The notes under the pieces: model-generated | Databases searched by the model: none | The model's input: only the letters and a program-made list of their open reading frames with translations | What the model was told of the DNA's origin: nothing | Translations under genes and position numbers: made by a program | Part shown: positions 39,763 to 48,966 of the stretch, one piece after another | Position numbering within the stretch: the stretch's first letter is position 1 | How the letters are laid out: every line of letters starts with the position of its first letter | From: Flavobacteriales bacterium | GTDB lineage: Bacteria > Bacteroidota > Bacteroidia > UBA10329 | Direction of reading: 5' to 3' | Assembly (NCBI GenBank): GCA_016124845.1 | Contig: WGMW01000009.1 | Coordinates: forward strand, 149,624-213,623 | DNA: 64,000 nucleotides

Positions 39763-40635
39763 TTGGGCGCATTCGGAATGGCTACAGGCACAGAAGAAAA
39801 TTGGTCGCTCGTCATCAAGCCGCAGTCAAAATGGCTTGACCTTAAACTCGATGAGATCTGGGATTACCGCGACCTGATCTGGATTTTCGTGAGAAGGGAC
39901 ATTGTGGCAGTTTACAAACAGACCGTGCTTGGTCCGTTGTGGTTCTTCCTTGCACCAATTTTCACTGTCATTGCGTACAATTTTGTTTTTAACACGATTG
40001 CCGGTATTGATACTGATGGTATTCCTCCGTTGGTATTTTATATGGCAGGCACCACACTTTGGAATTATTTTCAGGTCAGTTTTACAAGTACATCAAATAC
40101 GTTTACCGGAAACGCGGCCATTTTTGGCAAGGTCTATTTTCCCCGAATGGTGGCCCCTATCTCCATGGTTATTTCCGGCATGTTCAAATTCGGAGTTCAG
40201 ATGTTGATGTTCCTGACCTTTCTTGGATATTACTTGATATTTGAGCAGACCAGCTTACATTTTACAAAGTGGGTGTTTGCATTTCCTTTACTCGTTCTTA
40301 TGATGAGCGGTCTATCGTTGGGATTTGGAATTATTGTTTCCGCCCTTACCACGAAGTATCGTGACCTTAAGAACTTCATTGGATTCGGAGTGACTCTGCT
40401 GATGTATGTTACCCCTATCATCTATCCGGCATCCGCTCTCAAAGGCAATCTTGTTTGGGCGGTCAGGCTGAATCCCATCGCTCCGATCATTGAAGCCTTC
40501 AGGCTCGGTTTTACCGGAAACGGGACTGTTTCGGTAGCTGAGGTGGTATATAGCGGAATTTTCACACTGATCATTCTGTTTATTGGTTTGGTAACATTCC
40601 ATCGTGTGGAACGAACATTTATGGATACTGTCTGA
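39763..40635 (+). CDS. wzm: ABC-2 type polysaccharide export permease (Wzm family), copy 2
   Basis: 290 aa with 6 TM helices. The ABC-2 N-terminal motif (LIWIFVRRDIVAVYKQTVLGPLWFFLAP) is present. Confidence 0.85.
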   Translation: MGAFGMATGTEENWSLVIKPQSKWLDLKLDEIWDYRDLIWIFVRRDIVAVYKQTVLGPLWFFLAPIFTVIAYNFVFNTIAGIDTDGIPPLVFYMAGTTLWNYFQVSFTSTSNTFTGNAAIFGKVYFPRMVAPISMVISGMFKFGVQMLMFLTFLGYYLIFEQTSLHFTKWVFAFPLLVLMMSGLSLGFGIIVSALTTKYRDLKNFIGFGVTLLMYVTPIIYPASALKGNLVWAVRLNPIAPIIEAFRLGFTGNGTVSVAEVVYSGIFTLIILFIGLVTFHRVERTFMDTV

Positions 40636-41888
40636 TGAGCGATGTGGTCATTAAGGTTGAAAACCTTTCCAAGCAATATAGGCTTGGAATGGTCGGTGCA
40701 GGGACCTTGCGCGAAGATCTGGTCGGATGGTGGTACCGAGTTCGAGGAAAAGAAGATCCCTACCTGAAAATCGGTGAGGCCAATGATCGTTCCTCTACGG
40801 GAAACAGTGATTACGTCTGGGCACTTCGGGATATAGATTTTGAAGTTAAAAAAGGGGAAGTTTTAGGAATCATTGGCAAAAATGGAGCAGGCAAGAGTAC
40901 ACTTCTAAAACTACTTTCCAGAGTTACAGCACCAACTTCTGGGACAATCAAAGCCAAAGGAAGGATTGCAAGTCTTCTGGAAGTTGGAACAGGTTTTCAT
41001 CCTGAATTGACAGGTAGAGAGAACATCTACCTGAATGGTGCCATTATGGGAATGCGGAAATCTGAAATTACCTCCAAATTTGACGAGATAGTCGATTTTG
41101 CAGGTGTGCAGAGATATGTTGACACACCTGTAAAAAGATATTCATCTGGAATGTATGTGCGGTTAGCATTTGCAGTTGCAGCACATCTGGAACCGGAGAT
41201 TTTGATCGTAGATGAGGTGCTTGCTGTCGGTGATGCCGAATTTCAGCGAAAGGCCATAGGTAAGATGGAAGATGTTTCGAATGCGGAAGGGCGCACGGTT
41301 CTTTTCGTAAGCCACAATATGAAGGCTGTACGTTCTCTATGTTCGCGTGCTATCTTATTAGAAAATGGTCAAGTTACAATGAATGCGGACTCAGATGATG
41401 TGGTTGATCGCTACCTGTACACCAACTACCATAGCGAGAGTAAGCTTGTTTATGAAGTTCCTGACGTAGACAATTCATCGGAGGCCCACCTGCTATCAGC
41501 CAAGGTAATCAGCGACACACCTATAACTACGGAGAGCACCATCATGCTTGAAGCAGAGGTTTTGTTCAACGCGGCAGTAGAATTCCACATGAACATTCAT
41601 GTCTATTCCTTCGAGCGAGACCACTTGTTCCAAGCTTCGAGTAAGGTACTAAAGTCGCAGAAGGGAGATAAGGTAAAAGTCCGTTTTACTATTCCGCCAC
41701 ACCTACTGAATGAGAAGTTGCACTCCATCACGGTCACCTTCGTTAAAAACCGATCGACCACCTTTAAACTTATCGATAACGTGCTGGTATTCGGTATTTC
41801 CGAAGACAGGAACAACCTGAACTGGTATGGCAAAACTCCAGGACTGCTGAAACCGGAAATTCCGTCAATCGTTACCAAGCTGAAATGA
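40635..41888 (+). CDS. wzt: Polysaccharide export ABC ATP-binding protein (Wzt family) with C-terminal extension, copy 2
   Basis: Walker A GKNGAGKST, signature YSSGMYVRL and Walker B ILIVDEVL. An approximately 170-aa C-terminal beta-rich domain is present. Confidence 0.85.
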   Translation: MSDVVIKVENLSKQYRLGMVGAGTLREDLVGWWYRVRGKEDPYLKIGEANDRSSTGNSDYVWALRDIDFEVKKGEVLGIIGKNGAGKSTLLKLLSRVTAPTSGTIKAKGRIASLLEVGTGFHPELTGRENIYLNGAIMGMRKSEITSKFDEIVDFAGVQRYVDTPVKRYSSGMYVRLAFAVAAHLEPEILIVDEVLAVGDAEFQRKAIGKMEDVSNAEGRTVLFVSHNMKAVRSLCSRAILLENGQVTMNADSDDVVDRYLYTNYHSESKLVYEVPDVDNSSEAHLLSAKVISDTPITTESTIMLEAEVLFNAAVEFHMNIHVYSFERDHLFQASSKVLKSQKGDKVKVRFTIPPHLLNEKLHSITVTFVKNRSTTFKLIDNVLVFGISEDRNNLNWYGKTPGLLKPEIPSIVTKLK

Positions 41889-41895
41889 ACCGACC

Positions 41896-42564
41896 ATGAT
41901 CAAGAAACTGATATACAGAAGTCTGTCCGAACGAAACCGGATGCTGGTTGACTTTGACTGGCTGCGTTTCAAGGCTCGACATTGGGGCAATCGTCCAAAA
42001 GGTGAACTACCAAACAAGCTTCACTTAGGATGTGGACGAAGAAAGGTGACAGGATTCTTGAATGCTGACATTATGGGGTCAGACTTCGACATGGACTTTG
42101 GCGTTGGAGTCCTTCCTTTACCATCAGACCATTTCGAAGCCATCGTATCTCAGGAAGTGATTGAGCACTTGGAGCTCACCCAAGAACTCATTCCACTTTT
42201 ACGAGAGTTGAAAAGAATTCTGAAATCTGGTGGTGAGCTTTGGCTATCATGTCCAGACATGCAAAAAGTGTGCGCCAACTACATGAAGGACAAAGGTGTT
42301 GCATTATTGGAGGACAGAAAAAAGCGGATTCCAGATTTCGATCTGGGAGACATGCCCGTACAGCACATCATCAATCATCTTTTTCATCAGGATGGGGAAC
42401 ACAAGAACCTGTACGATTTCGAACTCTTAGAGTGGGCCATTAAAAAAGCCGGTTTCAGCGATATTAAAGAAATTGATGAAGCAACGCTTCTCAAAAGATT
42501 CCCCGAATTTCCTCCAAGAAATGATGGCTTCGTGTGCATGTATGTGAAAGCGGTCAAAAGGTAG
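41896..42564 (+). CDS. Class I SAM-dependent methyltransferase
   Basis: Motif I LHLGCGRR and motif post-II (ELWLSCPD). Confidence 0.7.
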   Translation: MIKKLIYRSLSERNRMLVDFDWLRFKARHWGNRPKGELPNKLHLGCGRRKVTGFLNADIMGSDFDMDFGVGVLPLPSDHFEAIVSQEVIEHLELTQELIPLLRELKRILKSGGELWLSCPDMQKVCANYMKDKGVALLEDRKKRIPDFDLGDMPVQHIINHLFHQDGEHKNLYDFELLEWAIKKAGFSDIKEIDEATLLKRFPEFPPRNDGFVCMYVKAVKR

Positions 42565-42572
42565 TCTTGACA

Positions 42573-43340
42573 ATGCCGCGTATCGTAGTCTATACGGCCA
42601 TTTTCGGTAATAAAGATGATGCTCCAGAACTCATCAACAAGAAACAGCTTGGTAATCTTGATGTTACATTTGTATGCCTGACCGACAATCCGAATCTGAG
42701 GTCGTCTGACTACGAAGTGAAACTGGTAGAAAAACGCTTTTCAGATATCACAAAAAACGCCAGGAACATAAAGATCAACGGGTTTGATGGCATCGAGAAT
42801 TTTGACATCGCCATTTGGCACGACTCCAGTATACAATTGCACTGCGATCAATTGGCAAAGCTCGCTGAATTTGGACACGAACACGGGATATCCGCATTTC
42901 ATCACGTTCGTTACTGCGTTTATCTTGAAACGATTGCCTGTATTGACCAGAAAAAAGATAATCCGTTAACTCTAACCAAGCAGGTATACAATTACTTCAA
43001 AGAAGGGTTTCCTGCAAATTTCGGTCTGCACGAAACCACAATAATGGTATTTAATCTCAAAACTTATTTGCAGAGTGAACTGAGAACAATTTGGTGGAAA
43101 GAGATTGAAAAGCATAGCAGACGAGATCAAATATCCCTTCCTTACGCAAGGTGGAGGTCGGGCATTGAGGTCAACCTGCTCGCACATTGGAAGGAAAAGG
43201 GTCACAATAATGAGTTCTCCACTTATGTAGGTCACCGTTACGCCCACTACAACGACTCATGGCCTTATTCATTTCTAACTTCATTTCTCGTCAGAACGAT
43301 ATGCAAAAAGCTGTTGTACGAAATGAGGCGCAGAAGATGA
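42573..43340 (+). CDS. DUF616 / TOD1-MUCI70-like putative glycosyltransferase
   Basis: The start at MPRIVVYTAIFGNKDD is the internal Met of ORF 42534. The N-terminal VVYTAIFG motif is typical of the DUF616 family. Confidence 0.5.
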   Translation: MPRIVVYTAIFGNKDDAPELINKKQLGNLDVTFVCLTDNPNLRSSDYEVKLVEKRFSDITKNARNIKINGFDGIENFDIAIWHDSSIQLHCDQLAKLAEFGHEHGISAFHHVRYCVYLETIACIDQKKDNPLTLTKQVYNYFKEGFPANFGLHETTIMVFNLKTYLQSELRTIWWKEIEKHSRRDQISLPYARWRSGIEVNLLAHWKEKGHNNEFSTYVGHRYAHYNDSWPYSFLTSFLVRTICKKLLYEMRRRR

Positions 43341-43395
43341 CTTGTGCTGAATGTCCTAACCAAGCCAAATCTTATATTGCATCGATTTCCCACCA

Positions 43396-44487
43396 ATGGC
43401 CGACCGCATTAACGTAACCAAAACACACTTGCCTCCGCTGGATGAATACCAGCGGATGATCGGAGAGATATGGAAGTCCGGTCAGTTGACAAACGTGGGG
43501 GCAAAACATGTTGAGCTTCAGAATAAACTGAAAGAATACTTAGGAGTAAAACACTTGCAGCTGGTCTCTAACGGGACGATAGCCATACAGCTTGCCATTA
43601 AGGCCTTGGGGCTAACTGGCGAGATCATTACAACTCCATTCTCATACGTAGCAACGGTATCATCCATTGTATGGGAAAATTGCTCACCTGTTTTTGTAGA
43701 CATTGACAGAGACGATTTCTGTGTTGATGCAACCAAGATCGAAGCAGCAATAACCGAGAATACCTCGGCCATTCTTGCAACACACGTTTATGGTATTCCA
43801 TGTAACGTGGAATTGATACAAGAGATCGCAGACCGACACAACCTAAAGGTGATCTACGATGCTGCACATGCTTTCAGTATTGAACTGGATGGAAAGTCAC
43901 TCTTGAACTACGGAGATGTTTCAACGCTCAGCTTTCATGCAACCAAAGTGTTTCACACGGGCGAGGGCGGTGCAGTAGTAACCGATAATGATGAACTCGC
44001 TCATAAATTATGGTACCATGGAAACTTTGGGCACCGCGGACCAGAAGAGTTCTGGGGATTGGGCATTAATGCAAAAATGTCGGAGATACATGCTGCTTTG
44101 GGGTTGTGCATTCTTCCATGTATGGATGAAATTCTCAGAAATCGGAAAAAAACGGTAGTCCTTTATGATAAGATTTTCACTCCTGTAAAATCGGTCAAAC
44201 GCTTGGACATCAAGAAAGGAATCAAACACAATTACTCATACTATCCTGTAGTTTTCGATTCGGAAGAAACGCTGCTTTCAGTGCTTGATGCGCTTCAAAA
44301 GCTGAACATTTATCCGAGACGTTACTTCTACCCTTCGTTGAACAAGCTTCCATATCTGCACAAACATGTAGAAATGCCTGTTGCCGAAGACATAAGCAGG
44401 AGAATTCTTTGTCTTCCACTTTCTTCAGATCACAACGCTGATGTGGTGAATACGATCGGGTCAGCAATCATTGATATTGTCAAATGA
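43396..44487 (+). CDS. DegT/DnrJ/EryC1/StrS family PLP-dependent sugar aminotransferase
   Basis: 363 aa. …LSFHATKVFHTGEGGAVV… carries the PLP-lysine motif, and the fold looks like an amino-sugar transaminase. Confidence 0.88.
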   Translation: MADRINVTKTHLPPLDEYQRMIGEIWKSGQLTNVGAKHVELQNKLKEYLGVKHLQLVSNGTIAIQLAIKALGLTGEIITTPFSYVATVSSIVWENCSPVFVDIDRDDFCVDATKIEAAITENTSAILATHVYGIPCNVELIQEIADRHNLKVIYDAAHAFSIELDGKSLLNYGDVSTLSFHATKVFHTGEGGAVVTDNDELAHKLWYHGNFGHRGPEEFWGLGINAKMSEIHAALGLCILPCMDEILRNRKKTVVLYDKIFTPVKSVKRLDIKKGIKHNYSYYPVVFDSEETLLSVLDALQKLNIYPRRYFYPSLNKLPYLHKHVEMPVAEDISRRILCLPLSSDHNADVVNTIGSAIIDIVK

Positions 44488-45221
44488 CCAGAATCCTACT
44501 CATTTCTGACATTGGGTTTCAGATCGAACATTTCAGGAAGCTGTTCGCAATTCATAAGTGCGATTCATTTGCCACACTCTCCGTTCACTGCTCACCTGGC
44601 AGCGAAACAGAACTGAAGAATGTGAGTCCAGCGGTCACTTCGTTGAACATCAAAGAAAATGTTGAGTGGATATTGACCTCTTTCGATGTTGTGGTCTCCT
44701 ACCATTGCCGTCAACTGTTTCCAGCAGAAATTGTACGCCATCTGCGCTGCATCAATATTCATCCTGGTCTTAATCCGTATAACCGCGGTTGGTATCCGGG
44801 AGTGTTCAGCATTGCCAATGGACTTCCCGCTGGCGCTACCATTCATGAAATTGATGAGAAGATCGATAATGGGCCGATAATAGCCCAGAAACAGATTGAG
44901 ATTCTCCCAGAAGACACTTCAGGCACGGTCTACCCCAAGATCATTCAGGCGGAATACGACCTGTTGGAGGAGTGGTTCATGCCCATGCTTACTGGCAACT
45001 ATAAGACATTCAGCCCGAGCGAAACGGGAAATCTCAACTACAAAAAAGACTATTACGCACTTCAGCAACTTGACCTGAATCAGACCTCAACTGTTGGAGA
45101 AACCATTGATAAGTTAAGAGCGCTAACCCACCCACCCTACAAGAACGCTTACTTTATTGACAAGGAAACGGGTGATAAAATTTACATCTCCGTGGAGATG
45201 AAACGCGTAAAAAAAGAGTGA
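44484..45221 (+). CDS. Sugar N-formyltransferase (Fmt-like formyl_trans_N family)
   Basis: The catalytic motif NIHPGLNPYNRG is a variant of N-x-H…SLLP…RG. An Asp is present downstream. It is adjacent to the aminotransferase gene. Confidence 0.75.
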   Translation: MTRILLISDIGFQIEHFRKLFAIHKCDSFATLSVHCSPGSETELKNVSPAVTSLNIKENVEWILTSFDVVVSYHCRQLFPAEIVRHLRCINIHPGLNPYNRGWYPGVFSIANGLPAGATIHEIDEKIDNGPIIAQKQIEILPEDTSGTVYPKIIQAEYDLLEEWFMPMLTGNYKTFSPSETGNLNYKKDYYALQQLDLNQTSTVGETIDKLRALTHPPYKNAYFIDKETGDKIYISVEMKRVKKE

Positions 45222-45919
45222 TGAGGGTGGCAATAATGCAACCGTATCTCTTTCCGTACATCGGGTATTTTCAGCTTATCCATGCGGTGGATAGGTTTGT
45301 GGTGTTTGATGATGTGAACTTCATTAAACGCGGGTGGATAAACCGGAACCGAGTTCTTCTCAACGGAAACGACCACATGTTTACTGTGCCACTTATTGGG
45401 GTCAGTCAGAACAAACTCATCAATGAAATAAGGATTGACCCGAACACAAAATGGCGCGAAAAGATTCTGACCACGATAAGGCATGCCTACAAGTCAGCAC
45501 CTCATTTCGATGAAGTTTACCCTTTGATTGAATCCGCTTTCATGAATGATTCTGACATGATATCAGACTACGCCAGAAACAGTTTGGAAGTAATCTGTAA
45601 GTACCTGAAGATCGAAACATCCATCATCAGCAGTTCCAAAACTTACAATGGCTCTGAACTGAAAGGAGTAGAACGAATTATTGACATCTGCAAAAAGGAA
45701 AAAGCTAATACATACATTAACGCAATTGGAGGAACCGACCTGTACAATCAATCTCAATTTGAAAGTGATGGTATCAAACTTCATTTCCTAAAGACTGACA
45801 ACATCAGCTACACACAGGGTAAAAATGAATTTGTGAAAGGTCTTTCCATTATTGATGTCGTTATGTTCAACTCCGTTGAGCAGACCCGAAATCTGTTGAA
45901 CCAGTATCAGCTGATATGA
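45218..45919 (+). CDS. WbqC-like family protein
   Basis: The N-terminus VAIMQPYLFPYIGYFQLI is the WbqC signature. Confidence 0.7.
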   Translation: MMRVAIMQPYLFPYIGYFQLIHAVDRFVVFDDVNFIKRGWINRNRVLLNGNDHMFTVPLIGVSQNKLINEIRIDPNTKWREKILTTIRHAYKSAPHFDEVYPLIESAFMNDSDMISDYARNSLEVICKYLKIETSIISSSKTYNGSELKGVERIIDICKKEKANTYINAIGGTDLYNQSQFESDGIKLHFLKTDNISYTQGKNEFVKGLSIIDVVMFNSVEQTRNLLNQYQLI

Positions 45920-46545
45920 CCAAGAAGTACGACAAAATTGTAAAGCATTACGAAGATTGTCTTGACCAGCATGGCGACACTCACAAGGGAGTTGACTGGC
46001 CAAATCCGGAGGATGCTGAGGTTAGATATTCGGTGATGTTGGGAATTGCCACGTTTCATGATGTTAATGAAACCACCTCCATTCTCGACTTTGGCTGTGG
46101 CACTGGTCATCTACTGGAGTACATCTCGGGCAATACTGAAATAAAAATTGAATACAGCGGACTGGACATTTCCAAGAAGTTTGTTGATGTTGCCCGATCG
46201 AAGTTCCCGAACAACACCTTTTACTGTTTGGACATTCTTGAAACACCGATCGGAAGAACATTCGATTTCATTGTAATGAATGGCGTTTTCACCGAAAAAC
46301 GAGAACTTTCCTTTGATGAAATGTGGGAGTATTTCACCAACATGCTCAAGGTGGTTTTTGACTATTCCGATAAAGGGATCGCCTTCAACGTAATGTCTAA
46401 GAACGTTGATTGGGAGCGCGAGGACCTTTTCCATGTCTCTCTTGATAAACTGACCGACTTTCTGGTCAAGAACCTAACCCGTAACTTCGTTATCCGCAAC
46501 GATTACGGACTCTACGAATACACCGTTTACGTTTACAAAAACTGA
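45916..46545 (+). CDS. Class I SAM-dependent methyltransferase
   Basis: Motif I ILDFGCGTGHL. Confidence 0.8.
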   Translation: MTKKYDKIVKHYEDCLDQHGDTHKGVDWPNPEDAEVRYSVMLGIATFHDVNETTSILDFGCGTGHLLEYISGNTEIKIEYSGLDISKKFVDVARSKFPNNTFYCLDILETPIGRTFDFIVMNGVFTEKRELSFDEMWEYFTNMLKVVFDYSDKGIAFNVMSKNVDWEREDLFHVSLDKLTDFLVKNLTRNFVIRNDYGLYEYTVYVYKN

Positions 46546-46546
46546 C

Positions 46547-47200
46547 ATGGCCAAAGTTGTCGTATTTGGAATTCAAGATTTTGCCGAACTGGCCCATTAC
46601 TACCTGACAAACGACTCTGACCACGAAGTGGTGGCTTTCTCTGTGAACGCATCTTACCTCCCGGAAAGCAAAGAGTTTCGCGGACTTCCAGTTGTTGCAT
46701 TTGAAGAAGTGGAGCACATCTATCCTCCATCGGAGTTCAAGTTCTTTGCACCTATGGCTCCCAATAGAATGAATCGTCTTCGTGAAGAGGTCTACTTGGC
46801 CATAAAGGAAAAGGGATATGAATGTATTTCTTACATAAGTACGAAAGCAACTGTTTGCGATAATAAAATCGGTGACAATTGCTTCATTCTCGAAGACAAT
46901 ACGCTACAACCGTTCACTACCATTGGCAACAACGTTGTGATGTGGAGCGGCAATCATATTGGGCATCACGGAGTTATCAAGGATCATGTAATGTTCACAT
47001 CACATGTGGTTCTTTCGGGCCATTGCGTGATCGAAAACTATTGTCTCCTTGGTGTAAATAGTACCATACGAGATGGTATAACATTAGCCGAAGGCACATT
47101 CGTAGCCATGGCAGCGGCAATAACCAGAAATACTGAGCCTTGGAGCTTTTACAAGGGGAATCCAGGGATTTCGACTGACAAATCCACGAAAGACCTCTGA
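46547..47200 (+). CDS. Sugar N/O-acyltransferase, NeuD/PglD hexapeptide-repeat family
   Basis: Rossmann-like N-terminus (VVVFGIQDFAELA), followed by left-handed beta-helix hexapeptide repeats. Confidence 0.75.
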   Translation: MAKVVVFGIQDFAELAHYYLTNDSDHEVVAFSVNASYLPESKEFRGLPVVAFEEVEHIYPPSEFKFFAPMAPNRMNRLREEVYLAIKEKGYECISYISTKATVCDNKIGDNCFILEDNTLQPFTTIGNNVVMWSGNHIGHHGVIKDHVMFTSHVVLSGHCVIENYCLLGVNSTIRDGITLAEGTFVAMAAAITRNTEPWSFYKGNPGISTDKSTKDL

Positions 47201-47202
47201 CC

Positions 47203-48132
47203 GTGTGGATCAAGAAAGGGCTTGTCTTTAATGTTGATGGAAGCCAAGCATGGAATAAGAGCCATGCTCAGGTTCCTGTAGTAGACGTGTTGGCAGACCG
47301 TCTGCGCATCTATTATGCAACAAGAAATGTGGAGGGTAAAAGCAATATTTCGTTCATCGAAACGGATAAAGAAAACCCTTTGAAGCTCACCTATGTCCAC
47401 GACAAGTGCCTATTCGATTTTGGCCAATTAGGAACATTTGATGACAGCGGGATCATGCCTTCGTGCATTCTTAATGTCGGTGAACTTAAGTACCTATACT
47501 ACATAGGTTGGACCACACGCGGAACGGTTCCTTACCAGAACGCAGTTGGCTTAGCTGTAAGTTCTGATGGAGGAATCACATTTTCAAGAGTTTCTGAAGG
47601 CCCGATCATCACCGTAAATGCAATAGAACCATACTTTTCCGGGACGTCATTTGTCATGCACGAGAATTCACGTTTCAAGATATGGTACCTCTCTTGTACA
47701 GGTTGGACGAACATGGAAGGCAAACCCGAACCGCTTTACAATATCAAATATGCAGAATCGAATGATGGGAGAAACTGGAACCAAACAGGTACTGTAGCCA
47801 TCGAATTGCAGGATGATGAAGGTGGTCTCGTAAGTGCCAGTGTTATCCGCACTGACGGCATTTACAAAATGTGGTTTGGCAAAAGGAAAGCCACAGATTA
47901 CAGAAACAATCCAGACAATACGTACCGTATCGGCTATGCTGAGTCAACGGATGGAATTAATTGGATCAGAAAAGATGAACTTTCAGGAATAGACGTGAGC
48001 GAGGTCAGTTGGGACTCTCAAATGATCTCATATCCTTATGTGGTAGAAGTCGATGGTCGGCTGTTGATGTTTTACAACGGAAACGGATTTGGCAAAAGCG
48101 GATTCGGATATGCTGAGTGGAATTCTAATTGA
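47203..48132 (+). CDS. Beta-propeller protein (GH43/GH130-like fold), hypothetical glycan-processing enzyme
   Basis: 309 aa with a GTG start. Repeated Asp/Trp-containing blades (SSDGGITF, SNDGRNW, STDGINW). Confidence 0.45.
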   Translation: MWIKKGLVFNVDGSQAWNKSHAQVPVVDVLADRLRIYYATRNVEGKSNISFIETDKENPLKLTYVHDKCLFDFGQLGTFDDSGIMPSCILNVGELKYLYYIGWTTRGTVPYQNAVGLAVSSDGGITFSRVSEGPIITVNAIEPYFSGTSFVMHENSRFKIWYLSCTGWTNMEGKPEPLYNIKYAESNDGRNWNQTGTVAIELQDDEGGLVSASVIRTDGIYKMWFGKRKATDYRNNPDNTYRIGYAESTDGINWIRKDELSGIDVSEVSWDSQMISYPYVVEVDGRLLMFYNGNGFGKSGFGYAEWNSN

Positions 48133-48138
48133 AAGCAA

Positions 48139-48966
48139 ATGAGCGAACTGGAATTTTATAATGAGAACGGATATGTACTCAAACAATCGTTTTTCGATAC
48201 AGGTGAAGTCGCAAACATTCTTAATGAAGCCAAGGGGGTTTTCCTGAAACAATTTCAAGCAAAAGGTTATTTCAACGACTCCACCTTGCTGAAAGACATC
48301 TCTGAAAAGGGCTTTAATTCCGCCTTGTTCAGGTTGTTTCAAGAAGACTTTCAGTGCCTCAGTAATTGTGGAAAGCAAGTTCAGCATCTGATTGACCTAC
48401 ACCGCTTGAGTTTGGATGAACGCATAGTTAGAACCATCCGTTCCCTTGGAATGGAGGTTCCTGTTGTCAGCACTCGCCCGGTACTATTCTTCAATCATCC
48501 AAATCTGGCTAAAGAAAAGGTCTACTATCAAGTCGATGCACATCAGGATTGGCGTAGCATGCAAGGTTCTTTGAACTCAATGGTAGTCTGGATTCCACTC
48601 GTTGATGTTCCGTTGGAGTTGGGTGCCCTTCAAGTGCTACCGAAAAGCCACTTGATGGGGCTCAGAACAGACCATTTACACCAAGGTTTTGGTATGGTGA
48701 AGCTAACGCCCGAGGAGGAGAAATCGCTGGTATCGGTTGAAGTAAAAGCAGGGGATGCACTTTTCTTCTCCAGCTTTCTCATTCATCAGAGCGGACAGAA
48801 CACCAGCGAAAATCCACGGTGGAGTACACATTTCCGCTACAACGACCTCAATGAACCGACCTTTGTACAGAGAGGTTACCCACATGCTTACATTTACCGT
48901 CCGGTCGGTGAGCAACTAACCCCAGACTTTCCCAGCTTGGAACAGGTAAAAGCAACATTTAAATGA
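48139..48966 (+). CDS. Phytanoyl-CoA dioxygenase (PhyH) family Fe(II)/2-oxoglutarate oxygenase
   Basis: HxD (HQDW) … H (FLIHQSG) facial triad, with a C-terminal Arg (RWSTHFRY). Confidence 0.75.
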   Translation: MSELEFYNENGYVLKQSFFDTGEVANILNEAKGVFLKQFQAKGYFNDSTLLKDISEKGFNSALFRLFQEDFQCLSNCGKQVQHLIDLHRLSLDERIVRTIRSLGMEVPVVSTRPVLFFNHPNLAKEKVYYQVDAHQDWRSMQGSLNSMVVWIPLVDVPLELGALQVLPKSHLMGLRTDHLHQGFGMVKLTPEEEKSLVSVEVKAGDALFFSSFLIHQSGQNTSENPRWSTHFRYNDLNEPTFVQRGYPHAYIYRPVGEQLTPDFPSLEQVKATFK

